From contig OZ024741.1 in NCBI GenBank assembly GCA_964016885.1, positions 282,596,001-282,660,000 of the forward strand: a stretch of 64,000 nt of DNA, read 5' to 3'. The stretch comes from Eledone cirrhosa. Its lineage: Eukaryota. Below the pieces are notes generated by a model that ran no database searches, had not been told where the DNA came from, and was given only the letters and a program-made list of their open reading frames with translations. Both the position numbers and the translations under genes were made by a program. Shown piece after piece: positions 27,301 through 41,600 of this stretch; position 1 is the stretch's first letter; each line of letters begins with the position of its first letter.

Positions 27301-28340
27301 CAAGTGTGGTGTGTCTGTCTCTATCTAATAAACACCAGGTATGGTGTGTCTGTCTCTATCTAATAAACACCAAGTGTGGTGTATCTGTCTCTATCTAATA
27401 AACACCAAGTGTGGTGTGTCTGTCTCTATCTAATAAACACCAAGTATGGTGTGTCTGTCTCTATCTAATAAACACCAAGTATGTTGTGTCTGTCTCTATC
27501 TAATAAACACCAAGTATGGTGTGTCTGTCTCTATCTAATAAACACCAAGTATGGTGTGTCTGTCTCTATCTAATAAACACCAAGTGTGGTGTGTCTGTCT
27601 CTATCTAATAAACACCAAGTATGGTGTGTCTGTCTCTATCTAATAAACACCAAGTGTGGTGTGTCTGTCTCTATCTAATAAACACCAAGTGTGGTGTGTC
27701 TGTCTCTATCTAATAAACACCAAGTGTGGTGTATCTATCTCTATCTAATAAACACCAAGTATGGTGTGTCTGTCTCTATCTAATAAACACCAAGTGTGGT
27801 GTATCTATCTCTATCTAATAAACACCAAGTGTGGTGTATCTGTCTCTATCTAATAAACACCAAGTATGTTGTGTCTATCTCTATCTTATAAACACCAAGT
27901 ATGGTGTGTCTGTCTCTATCTAATAAACACCAAGTGTGGTGTGTCTATCTCTATCTAATAAACACCAAGTGTGGTGTGTCTGTTTCTATCTAATAAACAC
28001 CAAGTGTGGTGTATCTATCTCTATCTAATAAACACCAAGTATGATGTGTCTGTCTCTATCTAATAAACACCAAGTATGGTGTGTCTGTCTCTATCTAATA
28101 AACACCAAGTATGGTGTGTCTGTCTCTATCTAATAAACACCAAGTGTGGTGTGTCTATCTCTATCTAATAAACACCAAGTGTGGTGTGTCTGTCTCTATC
28201 TAATAAACACCAAGTGTGGTGTATCTGTCTCTATCTAATAAACACCAAGTGTGGTGTGTCTATCTTTATCTCATAAAAACCAAGTATGGCGTGTCTGTCT
28301 CTATCTAATAAACACCAAGTGTGGTGTGTCTGTCTCTATC
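9200..28340 (+). repeat. Tandem duplication of a 287-monomer block (period 10,043 bp = 287x35-2); boundaries approximate
   Basis: Marker pairs at offset 10043: AAATAGC 10114/20157, CCAC 11409/21452 and 12003/22046, AAGTTTGG 12807/22850 and 16797/26840, TCTTATA 13851/23894, GTGTGGGG 15922/25965. Confidence 0.92.
12200..19250 (+). repeat. 114-monomer (3990 bp) higher-order repeat, one full copy plus a truncated second copy
   Basis: AAGTTTGG monomers 12807/16797 and TCTTATA 13851/17841 are at offset 3990 = 114x35. Confidence 0.9.
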
Positions 28341-30080
28341 TAATAAACACCAAGTATGGTGTGTCTATCTCTATCTAATAAACACCAAGTATGGTGTGTC
28401 TATCTTTATCTAATAAAAACCAAGTATGGTGTGTCTGTCTCTATCTAATAAACACCAAGTGTGGTGTATCAATCTCTATCTAATAAACACCAAGTGTGGT
28501 GTGTCTGTCTCTATCTAATAAACAGCAAGTATGGTGTGTCTGTCTCTATCTAATAAACACGAAGTGTGGTGTGTCTGTCTCTATCTAATAAACACCAAGT
28601 GTGGTGTGTCTGTCTCTATCTAATAAACACCAAGTATGGTGTGTCTGTCTCTATCTAATAAACACCAAGTGTGGTGTGTCTGTCTCTATCTAATAAACAC
28701 CAAGTATTGTGTGCCTGTCTCTATCAAATAAACATCAAGTATGGTGTGTCTATCTCTATCTAATAAACACCAAGTATAGTATGTCTGTCTCTATCTAATA
28801 AACACCAAGCATGGTGTGTCAGTCTCTATCTAATAAACACGAAGTGTGGTGTGTCTATCTCTATCTAATAAACACCAAGTGTGGTGTGTCTGTCTCTATC
28901 TAATAAACACCAAGTGTGGTGTATCTGTCTCTATCTAATAAACACCAAGTGTGGTGTATCTGTCTCTATCTAATAAACACCAAGTGTGGTGTATCTGTCT
29001 CTATCTAATAAACACCAGGTATGGTGTGTCTGTCTCTATCTAATAAACACCAAGTGTGGTGTATCTGTCTCTATCTAATAAACACCAAGTGTGGTGTGTC
29101 TGTCTCTATCTAATAAACACCAAGTATGGTGTGTCTGTCTCTATCTAATAAACACCAAGTATGTTGTGTCTGTCTCTATCTAATAAACACCAAGAATGGT
29201 GTGTCTGTCTCTATCTAATAAACACCAAGTATGGTGTGTCTGTCTCTATCTAATAAACACCAAGTATGGTGTGTCTGTCTCTATCTAATAAACAGCAAGT
29301 ATGGTGTGTCTGTCTCTATCTAATAAACACCAAGTGTGGTGTGTCTGTCTCTATCTAATAAACACCAAGTATGGTGTGTCTGTCTCAATCTAATAAATAC
29401 CAAGTATGGTGTGTCTGTCTCTATCTAATAAACACCAAGTGTGGTGTGTCTGTCTCTATCTAATAAACACCAAGTATGGTGTGTCTGTCTCTATCTAATA
29501 AACAGCAAGTATGGTGTGTCTGTCTCTATCTAATAAACACCAAGTGTGGTGTGTCTGTCTCTATCTAATAAACACCAAGTATGGTGTGTCTGTCTCTATC
29601 TAATAAACAGCAAGTATGGTGTGTCTGTCTCTATCTAATAAACACCAAGTGTGGTGTGTCTGTCTCTATCTAATAAACACCAAGTATGGTGTGTCTGTCT
29701 CTATCTAATAAACACCAAGTGTGGTGTGTCTGTCTCTATCTAATAAACACCAAGTGTGGTGTATCTGTCTCTATCTAATAAAAAGCAAGTGTGGGGTGTC
29801 TATCTTTATCTAATAAACACCAAGTATGGTGTGTCTATCTCTATCTAATAAACACCAAGTATGGTGTGTCTATCTCTATCTAATAAACACCAAGTGTGGT
29901 GTGTCTATCTTTATCTAATAAACACCAAGTATGGTGTGTCTATCTCTATCTAATAAACACCAAGTATGGTGTGTCTATCTCTATCTAATAAACACCAAGT
30001 ATCGTGTGCCTGTCTCTATCTAATAAACACCAAGTATGCTGTGTCTGTCTCTATCTAATAAACACCAAGTATGGTGTGTC
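22250..30080 (+). repeat. 114-monomer higher-order repeat, two further copies; the second lacks 5 monomers near 28350
   Basis: Offset is 3990 for AAGTTTGG 22850/26840 and TCTTATA 23894/27884, then 3815 (109x35) for GTGTGGGG 25965/29780. The CTCTCTCT and TATTG..CAAAT monomers that normally follow TATGGCG are missing after 28290. Confidence 0.88.
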
Positions 30081-32699
30081 TGTCTCTATCTAATAAACAC
30101 CAAGTGTGGTGTGTCTGTCTCTATCTAATAAACACCAAGTGTGGTGTATCTGTCTCTATCTAATAAAAAGCAAGTGTGGTGTGTCTGTCTCTATCTAATA
30201 AACACCAAGTATGGTGTGTCTATCTCTATCTAATAAACACCAAGTGTGGTGTGTCTATCTCTATCTAATAAACACCAAGTGTGGAGTGTCTATCTCTATC
30301 TAATAAACACCAAGTATGGTGTGTCTATCTCTATCTAATAAACACCAAGTATGGTGTGTCTATCTCTATCTAATAAACACCAAGTATCGTGTGCCTGTCT
30401 CTATCTAATAAACACCAAGTATGGTGTGTCTATCTCTATCTAATAAACATCAAGTATAGTGTGTCTGTCTCTATCTAATAAACACCAAGTATGGTGTGTC
30501 TGTCTATATCTAATAAACACCACTGTGGTGTGTCTGTCTCTATCTAATAAACACCAAGTGTGGTGTGTCTGTCTCTATCTAATAAACACCAAGTATGGTG
30601 TGTCTGTCTCTATCTAATAAACACCAAGTGTGGTGTATCTGTCTCTATCTAATAAACACCAAGTGTGGTGTGTCTGTCTCTATCTAATAAACACCAAGTA
30701 TGGTGTGTCTGTCTCTATCTAATAAACACCAAGTATTGTGTGCCTGTCTCTATCAAATAAACACCAAGTATGGTGTGTCTGTCTCTATCTAATAAACACC
30801 AAGTGTGGTGTGTCTATCTTTATCTAATAAAAACCAAGTATGGTGTATCTGTCTCTATCAAATAAGCACCAAGTATGGTGTGTCTGTCTCTATCTAATAA
30901 CCACCAAGTGTGGTGTATCTGTCTCTATCTAATAAACACCAAGTGTGGTGTGTCTGTCTCTATCTAATAAACACCAAGTATTGTGTGCCTGTCTCTATCA
31001 AATAAACACCAAGTATGGTGTGTCTATCTCTATCTAATAAACATCAAGTATAGTGTGTCTGTCTCTATCTAATAAACACCAAGTATGGTGTGTCTGTCTC
31101 TATCTAATAAACACCACTGTGGTGTGTCTGTCTCTATCTAATAAACACCAAGTGTGGTGTGTCTGTCTCTATCTAATAAACACCAAGTATGGTGTGTCTG
31201 TCTCTGTCTAATAAACACCAAGTGTGGTGTGTCTGTCTCTATCTAATAAACACCAAGTATGGTGTGTCTGTCTCTATCTAATAAACACCAAGTATGGTGT
31301 GTCTATCTCTATCTAATAAACACCAAGTGTGGTGTGTCTATCTCTATCTAATAAACACCAAGTGTGGTGTGTCTATCTCTATCTAATAAACACCAAGTAT
31401 GGTGTGTCTATCTCTATCTAATAAACACCAAGTATGGTGTGTCTATCTCTATCTAATAAACACCAAGTATCGTGTGCCTGTCTCTATCTAATAAACACCA
31501 AGTGTGGTGTGTCTGTCTCTATCTAATAAACACCAAGTATGGTGTGTCTGTCTCTATCTAATAAACACCAAGTATGGTGTGTCTGTCTCTATCTAATAAA
31601 CACCAAGTATCGTGTGCCTGTCTCTATCTAATAAACACCAAGTGTGGTGTGTCTGTCTCTATCTAATAAACACCAAGTATCGTGTGCCTGTCTCTATCTA
31701 ATAAACACCAAGTATGGTGTGTCTGTCTCTATCTAATAAACACCAAGTATGGTGTGTCTGTCTCTATCTAATAAACACCAAGTATCGTGTGCCTGTCTCT
31801 ATCTAATAAACACCAAGTATGGTGTGTCTATCTCTATCTAATAAACACCAAGTATGGTGTGTCTGTCTCTATCTAATAAACACCAAGTATGCTGTGTCTG
31901 TCTCTATCTAATAAACACCAAGTGTGGTGTGTCTGTCTCTATCTAATAAACACCAAGTGTGGTGTATCTATCTCTATCTAATAAACACCAAGTATGATGT
32001 GTCTGTCTCTATCTAATAAACACCAAGTATGGTGTGTCTGTCTCTATCTAATAAACACCAAGTATGGTGTGTCTGTCTCTATCTAATAAACACCAAGTGT
32101 GGTGTGTCTGTCTCTATCTAATAAACACCAAGTGTGGTGTATCTGTCTCTATCTAATAAAAAGCAAGTGTGGTGTGTCTATCTTTATCTAATAAACACCA
32201 AGTATGGTGTGTCTATCTCTATCTAATAAACACCAAGTATGGTGTGTCTATCTCTATCTAATAAACACCAAGTGTGGTGTGTCTATCTTTATCTAATAAA
32301 AACCAAGTATGGTGTGTCTGTCTCTATCTAATAAACACCAAGTGTGGTGTATCAATCTCTATCTAATAAACACCAAGTGTGGTGTGTCTGTCTCTATCTA
32401 ATAAACACCAAGTATGGTGTGTCTGTCTCTATCTAATAAACACCAAGTGTGGTGTATCTGTCTCTATCTAATAAACACCAAGTGTGGTGTGTCTGTCTCT
32501 ATCTAATAAACACCAAGTGTGGTGTGTCTGTCTCTATCTAATAAACACCAAGTGTGGTGTGTCTGTCTCTATCTAATAAACACCAAGTATGGTGTGTCTG
32601 TCTCTATCTAATAAACACCAAGTGTGGTGTATCTGTCTCTATCTAATAAACACCAAGTGTGGTGTGTCTGTCTCTATCTAATAAACAGCAAGTATGGTG

Positions 32700-35600
32700 T
32701 GTCTGTCTCTATCTAATAAACACCAAGTATGGTGTATCTGTCTCTATCTAATAAACACCAAGTGTGGTGTGTCTGTCTCTATCTAATAAACACCAAGTGT
32801 GGTGTGTCTGTCTCTATCTAATAAACATCAAGTATAGTGTGTCTGTCTCTATCTAATAAACACCAAGTATGGTGTGTCTATCTCTATCTAATAAACACCA
32901 AGTATGGTGTATCTGTCTCTATCTAATAAACACCAAGTGTGGTGTGTCTATCTCTATCTAATAAACACCAAGTGTGGTGTATCTGTCTCTATCTAATAAA
33001 CACCAAGTGTGGTGTGTCTGTCTCTATCTAATAAACATTAAGTATAGTGTGTCTGTCTCTATCTAATAAACACCAAGTATGGTGTGTCTGTCTCTATCTA
33101 ATAAACACCAAGTGTGGTGTCTCTGTCTCTATCTAATAAACACCAAGTATGGTGTGTCTGTCTCTATCTAATAAACACCAAGTATGGTGTGTCTGTCTCT
33201 ATCTAATAGACACCAAGTGTGGTGTGTCTATCTCTATCTAATAAACACCAAGTATGGTGTGTCTATCTCTATCTAATAAACACCAAGTATGGTGTATCTG
33301 TCTCTATCTAATAAACACCAAGTGTGGTGTGTCTATCTCTATCTAATAAACACCAAGTGTGGTGTATCTGTCTCTATCTAATAAACACCAAGTGTGGTGT
33401 GTCTGTCTCTATCTAATAAACATCAAGTATAGTGTGTCTGTCTCTATCTAATAAACACCAAGTATGGTGTGTCTGTCTCTATCTAATAAACACCAAGTGT
33501 GGTGTGTCTGTCTCTATCTAATAAACACCAAGTATGGTGTGTCTGTCTCTATCTAATAAACACCAAGTATGGTGTGTCTGTCTCTATCTAATAGACACCA
33601 AGTGTGGTGTGTCTATCTCTATCTAATAAACACCAAGTATGGTGTGTCTATCTCTATCTAATAAACACCAAGTATGGTGTGTCTATCTCTATCTAATAAA
33701 CACCAAGTATGGTGTGTCTATCTCTATCTAATAAACACCAAGTGTGGTGTATCTGTCTCTATCTAATAAATACCAAGTATGGTGTGTCTGTCTCTATCTA
33801 ATAAACACCAAGTATGGTGTGTCTGTCTCTATCTAATAAACACCAAGTGTGGTGTGTCTATCTCTATCTAATAAACACCAAGTATGGTGTGTCTGTCTCT
33901 ATCTAATAAACACCAAGTATCGTGTGCCTGTCTCTATCTAATAAACACCAAGTATGGTGTGTCTATCTCTATCTAATAAACATCAAGTATAGTGTGTCTG
34001 TCTCTATCTAATAAACACCAAGTATGGTGTGTCTGTCTCTATCTAATAAACACCACTGTGGTGTGTCTGTCTCTATCTAATAAACACCAAGTGTGGTGTG
34101 TCTGTCTCTATCTAATAAACACCAAGTATGGTGTGTCTGTCTCTATCTAATAAACACCAAGTGTGGTGTATCTGTCTCTATCTAATAAACACCAAGTGTG
34201 GTGTGTCTGTCTCTATCTAATAAACACCAAGTATGGTGTGTCTGTCTCTATCTAATAAACACCAAGTATTGTGTGTCTGTCTCTATCTAATAAACACCAA
34301 GTATGGTGTGTCTATCTCTATCTAATAAACACCAAGTATGGTGTGTCTATCTCTATCTAATAAACACCAAGTGTGGTGTGTCTATCTCTATCTAATAAAC
34401 ACCAAGTATGGTGTGTCTATCTCTATCTAATAAACACCAAGTATGGTGTGTCTATCTCTATCTAATAAACACCAAGTATCGTGTGCCTGTCTCTATCTAA
34501 TAAACACCAAGTATGGTGTGTCTATCTCTATCTAATAAACATCAAGTATAGTGTGTCTGTCTCTATCTAATAAACACCAAGTATGGTGTGTCTGTCTCTA
34601 TCTAATAAACACCACTGTGGTGTGTCTGTCTCTATCTAATAAACACCAAGTGTGGTGTGTCTGTCTCTATCTAATAAACACCAAGTATGGTGTGTCTGTC
34701 TCTATCTAATAAACACCAAGTGTGGTGTATCTGTCTCTATCTAATAAACACCAAGTGTGGTGTGTCTGTCTCTATCTAATAAACACCAAGTATGGTGTGT
34801 CTGTCTCTATCTAATAAACACCAAGTGCGGTGTATCTGTCTCTATCTAATAAACACCAAGTATGGTGTGCCTGTCTCTATCTAATAAACACCAAGTGTGG
34901 TGTGTCTATCTTTATCTAATAAAAACCAAGTATGGTGTATCTGTCTCTATCAAATAAACACCAAGTATGGTGTGTCTGTCTCTATCTAATAAACACCACT
35001 GTGGTGTGTCTGTCTCTATCTAATAAACACCAAGTATGGTGTATCTGTCTCTATCTAATAAACACCAAGTGTGGTGTGTCTGTCTCTATCTAATAAACAC
35101 CAAGTATTGTGTGCCTGTCTCTATCAAATAAACACCAAGTATGGTGTGTCTATCTCTATCTAATAAACATCAAGTATAGTGTGTCTGTCTCTATCTAATA
35201 AACACCAAGTATGGTGTGTCTGTCTCTATCTAATAAACACCACTGTGGTGTGTCTGTCTCTATCTAATAAACACCAAGTGTGGTGTGTCTGTCTCTATCT
35301 AATAAACACCAAGTATGGTGTGTCTGTCTCTGTCTAATAAACACCAAGTGTGGTGTGTCTGTCTCTATCTAATAAACACCAAGTATGGTGTGTCTGTCTC
35401 TATCTAATAAACACCAAGTATGGTGTGTCTATCTCTATCTAATAAACACCAAGTGTGGTGTGTCTATCTCTATCTAATAAACACCAAGTGTGGTGTGTCT
35501 ATCTCTATCTAATAAACACCAAGTATGGTGTGTCTATCTCTATCTAATAAACACCAAGTATGGTGTGTCTATCTCTATCTAATAAACACCAAGTATGGTG

Positions 35601-38600
35601 TGTCTATCTCTATCTAATAAACACCAAGTATGGTGTGTCTATCTCTATCTAATAAACACCAAGTATGGTGTGTCTGTCTCTATCTAATAAACACCAAGTA
35701 TGCTGTGTCTGTCTCTATCTAATAAACACCAAGTGTGGTGTGTCTGTCTCTATCTAATAAACACCAAGTGTGGTGTATCTATCTCTATCTAATAAACACC
35801 AAGTATGATGTGTCTGTCTCTATCTAATAAACACCAAGTATGGTGTGTCTGTCTCTATCTAATAAACACCAAGTATGGTGTGTCTGTCTCTATCTAATAA
35901 ACACCAAGTGTGGTGTATCTGTCTCTATCTAATAAACACCAAGTGTGGTGTGTCTATCTTTATCTAATAAAAACCAAGTATGGTGTGTCTGTCTCTATCT
36001 AATAAACACCAAGTGTGGTGTATCTATCTCTATCTAATAAACACCAAGTATGATGTGCCTGTCTCTATCAAATAAACACCAAGTATGGTGTGTCTATCTC
36101 TATCTAATAAACACCAAGTGTGATGTGTCTGTCTCTATCTAATAAAGACCAAGTATAGTGTGTCTGTCTCTATCTAATTAACACCAAGTATGGTGTGTCT
36201 GTCTCTATCTAATAAACACCACTGTGGTGTGTCTGTCTCTATCTAATAAACACCAAGTGTGGTGTGTCTGTCTCTATCTAATAAACACCAAGTATGGTGT
36301 GTCTGTCTCTATCTAATAAACACCAAGTGTGGTGTATCTGTCTCTATCTAATAAACACCAAGTGTGGTGTGTCTGTCTCTATCTAATAAACACCAAGTAT
36401 GGTGTGTCTGTCTCTATCTAATAAACACCAAGTATTGTGTGTCTGTCTCTATCTAATAAACACCAAGTGTGGTGTGTCTATCTCTATCTAATAAACACCA
36501 AGTGTGGTGTGTCTGTCTCTATCTAATAAACACCAAGTGTGGTGTGTCTGTCTCTATCTAATAAACACCAAGTGTGGTGTATCTGTCTCTATCTAATAAA
36601 AAGCAAGTGTGGTGTGTCTATCTTTATCTAATAAACACCAAGTATGGTGTGTCTGTCTCTATCTAATAAACACCAAGTGTGGTGTGTCTATCTTTATCTA
36701 ATAAAAACCAAGTATGGTGTGTCTGTCTCTATCTAATAAACACCAAGTGTGGTGTATCAATCTCTATCTAATAAACACCAAGTGTGGTGTGTCTGTCTCT
36801 ATCTAATAAACACCAAGTATGGTGTGTCTGTCTCTATCTAATAAACACCAAGTGTGGTGTATCTGTCTCTATCTAATAAACACCAAGTGTGGTGTGTCTG
36901 TCTCTATCTAATAAACACCAAGTATGGTGTGTCTGTCTCTATCTAATAAACACCAAGTGTGGTGTATCAATCTCTATCTAATAAACACCAAGTGTGGTGT
37001 GTCTGTCTCTATCTAATAAACACCAAGTATGGTGTGTCTGTCTCTATCTAATAAACACCAAGTGTGGTGTATCTGTCTCTATCTAATAAACACCAAGTGT
37101 GGTGTGTCTGTCTCTATCTAATAAACACCAAGTGTGGTGTGTCTGTCTCTATCTAATAAACACCAAGTGTGGTGTGTCTGTCTCTATCTAATAAACACCA
37201 AGTATGGTGTGTCTGTCTCTATCTAATAAACACCAAGTGTGGTGTATCTGTCTCTATCTAATAAACACCAAGTGTGGTGTGTCTGTCTCTATCTAATAAA
37301 CAGCAAGTATGGTGTGTCTGTCTCGATCTAATAAACACCAAGTATGGTGTGTCTGTCTCTATCTAATAAACACCAAGTGTGGTGTATCAATCTCTATCTA
37401 ATAAACACCAAGTGTGGTGTGTCTGTCTCTATCTAATAAACACCAAGTGTGGTGTATCTGTCTCTATCTAATAAACACCAAGTATGGTGTATCTGTCTCT
37501 ATCTAATAAACACCAAGTGTGGTGTGTCTGTCTCTATCTAATAAACACCAAGTGTGGTGTGTCTGTCTCTATTTAATAAACATCAAGTATAGTGTGTCTG
37601 TCTCTATCTAATAAACACCAAGTATGGTGTGTCTATCTCTATCTAATAAACACCAAGTATGGTGTATCTGTCTCTATCTAATAAACACCAAGTGTGGTGT
37701 GTCTATCTCTATCTAATAAACACCAAGTGTGGTGTATCTGTCTCTATCTAATAAACACCAAGTGTGGTGTGTCTGTCTCTATCTAATAACCATCAAGTAT
37801 AGTGTGTCTGTCTCTATCTAATAAACACCAAGTATGGTGTGTCTGTCTCTATCTAATAAACACCAAGTGTGGTGTGTCTGTCTCTATCTAATAAACACCA
37901 AGTATGGTGTGTCTGTCTCTATCTAATAAACACCAAGTATGGTGTGTCTGTCTCTATCTAATAGACACCAAGTGTGGTGTGTCTATCTCTATCTAATAAA
38001 CACCAAGTGTGGTGTGTCTATCTCTATCTAATAAACACCAAGTATGGTGTGTCTATCTCTATCTAATAAACACCAAGTATGGTGTGTCTATCTCTATCTA
38101 ATAAACACCAAGTATGGTGTGTCTATCTCTATCTAATAAACACCAAGTATGGTGTGTCTATCTCTATCTAATAAACACCAAGTATGGTGTGTCTGTCTCT
38201 ATCTAATAAACACCAAGTATGCTGTGTCTGTCTCTATCTAATAAACACCAAGTGTGGTGTGTCTGTCTCTATCTAATAAACACCAAGTGTGGTGTATCTA
38301 TCTCTATCTAATAAACACCAAGTATGATGTGTCTGTCTCTATCTAATAAACACCAAGTATGGTGTGTCTGTCTCTATCTAATAAACACCAAGTATGGTGT
38401 GTCTGTCTCTATCTAATAAACACCAAGTGTGGTGTATCTGTCTCTATCTAATAAAAAGCAAGTGTGGTGTGTCTATCTTTATCTAATAAACACCAAGTAT
38501 GGTGTGTCTGTCTCTATCTAATAAACACCAAGTGTGGTGTGTCTATCTTTATCTAATAAAAACCAAGTATGGTGTGTCTGTCTCTATCTAATAAACACCA

Positions 38601-41600
38601 AGTGTGGTGTATCTATCTCTATCTAATAAACACCAAGTATGATGTGCCTGTCTCTATCAAATAAACACCAAGTATGGTGTGTCTATCTCTATCTAATAAA
38701 CACCAAGTGTGGTGTGTCTGTCTCTATCTAATAAAGACCAAGTATAGTGTGTCTGTCTCTATCTAATTAACACCAAGTATGGTGTGTCTGTCTCTATCTA
38801 ATAAACACCACTGTGGTGTGTCTGTCTCTATCTAATAAACACCAAGTGTGGTGTGTCTGTCTCTATCTAATAAACACCAAGTATGGTGTGTCTGTCTCTG
38901 TCTAATAAACACCAAGTGTGGTGTGTCTGTCTCTATCTAATAAACACCAAGTATTGTGTGTCTATCTCTATCTAATAAACACCAAGTGTGGTGTGTCTGT
39001 CTCTATCTAATAAACACCAAGTGTGGTGTGTCTGTCTCTATCTAATAAACACCAAGTGTGGTGTATCTGTCTCTATCTAATAAAAAGCAAGTGTGGTGTG
39101 TCTATCTTTATCTAATAAACACCAAGTATGGTGTGTCTGTCTCTATCTAATAAACACCAAGTGTGGTGTGTCTATCTTTATCTAATAAAAACCAAGTATG
39201 GTGTGTCTGTCTCTATCTAATAAACACCAAGTGTGGTGTATCAATCTCTATCTAATAAACACCAAGTGTGGTGTGTCTGTCTCTATCTAATAAACACCAA
39301 GTATGGTGTGTCTGTCTCTATCTAATAAACACCAAGTGTGGTGTATCTGTCTCTATCTAATAAACACCAAGTGTGGTGTGTCTGTCTCTATCTAATAAAC
39401 ACCAAGTATGGTGTGTCTGTCTCTATCTAATAAACACCAAGTGTGGTGTATCAATCTCTATCTAATAAACACCAAGTGTGGTGTGTCTGTCTCTATCTAA
39501 TAAACACCAAGTATGGTGTGTCTGTCTCTATCTAATAAACACCAAGTGTGGTGTATCTGTCTCTATCTAATAAACACCAAGTGTGGTGTGTCTGTCTCTA
39601 TCTAATAAACACCAAGTGTGGTGTGTCTGTCTCTATCTAATAAACACCAAGTGTGGTGTGTCTGTCTCTATCTAATAAACACCAAGTGTGGTGTATCAAT
39701 CTCTATCTAATAAACACCAAGTGTGGTGTGTCTGTCTCTATCTAATAAACACCAAGTGTGGTGTATCTGTCTCTATCTAATAAACACCAAGTATGGTGTA
39801 TCTGTCTCTATCTAATAAACACCAAGTGTGGTGTGTCTGTCTCTATCTAATAAACACCAAGTGTGGTGTGTCTGTCTCTATTTAATAAACATCAAGTATA
39901 GTGTGTCTGTCTCTATCTAATAAACACCAAGTATGGTGTGTCTATCTCTATCTAATAAACACCAAGTATGGTGTATCTGTCTCTATCTAATAAACACCAA
40001 GTGTGGTGTGTCTATCTCTATCTAATAAACACCAAGTGTGGTGTATCTGTCTCTATCTAATAAACACCAAGTGTGGTGTGTCTGTCTCTATCTAATAAAC
40101 ATCAAGTATAGTGTGTCTGTCTCTATCTAATAAACACCAAGTATGGTGTGTCTGTCTCTATCTAATAAACACCAAGTGTGGTGTGTCTGTCTCTATCTAA
40201 TAAACACCAAGTATGGTGTGTCTGTCTCTATCTAATAAACACCAAGTATGGTGTGTCTGTCTCTATCTAATAGACACCAAGTGTGGTGTGTCTATCTCTA
40301 TCTAATAAACACCAAGTATGGTGTGTCTATCTCTATCTAATAAACACCAAGTATGGTGTGTCTATCTCTATCTAATAAACACCAAGTGTGGTGTGTCTGT
40401 CTCTATCTAATAAACACCAAGTATGGTGTATCTGTCTCTATCTAATAAACACCAAGTGTGGTGTGTCTATCTCTATCTAATAAACACCAAGTGTGGTGTA
40501 TCTGTCTCTATCTAATAAACACCAAGTGTGGTGTGTCTGTCTCTATCTAATAAACATCAAGTGTAGTGTGTCTGTCTCTATCTAATAAACACCAAGTATG
40601 GTGTGTCTGTCTCTATCTAATAAACACCAAGTGTGGTGTGTCTGTCTCTATCTAATAAACACCAAGTATGGTGTGTCTGTCTCTATCTAATAAACACCAA
40701 GTATGGTGTGTCTGTCTCTATCTAATAGACACCAAGTGTGGTGTGTCTATCTCTATCTAATAAACACCAAGTATGGTGTGTCTATCTCTATCTAATAAAC
40801 ACCAAGTATGGTGTGTCTATCTCTATCTAATAAACACCAAGTATGGTGTGTCTATCTCTATCTAATAAACACCAAGTGTGGTGTATCTGTCTCTATCTAA
40901 CAAATACCAAGTATGGTGTGTCTGTCTCTATCTAATAAACACCAAGTATGGTGTGTCTGTCTCTATCTAATAAACACCAAGTGTGGTGTGTCTATCTCTA
41001 TCTAATAAACACCAAGTATGGTGTGTCTATCTCTATCTAATAAACACCAAGTATGGTGTGTCTATCTCTATCTAATAAACACCAAGTATCGTGTGCCTGT
41101 CTCTATCTAATAAACACCAAGTATGGTGTGTCTATCTCTATCTAATAAACATCAAGTATAGTGTGTCTGTCTCTATCTAATAAACACCAAGTATGGTGTG
41201 TCTGTCTCTATCTAATAAACACCACTGTGGTGTGTCTGTCTCTATCTAATAAACACCAAGTGTGGTGTGTCTGTCTCTATCTAATAAACACCAAGTATGG
41301 TGTGTCTGTCTCTATCTAATAAACACCAAGTGTGGTGTATCTGTCTCTATCTAATAAACACCAAGTGTGGTGTGTCTGTCTCTATCTAATAAACACCAAG
41401 TATGGTGTGTCTGTCTCTATCTAATAAACACCAAGTATTGTGTGTCTGTCTCTATCTAATAAACACCAAGTATGGTGTGTCTATCTCTATCTAATAAACA
41501 CCAAGTATGGTGTGTCTATCTCTATCTAATAAACACCAAGTGTGGTGTGTCTATCTCTATCTAATAAACACCAAGTATGGTGTGTCTATCTCTATCTAAT

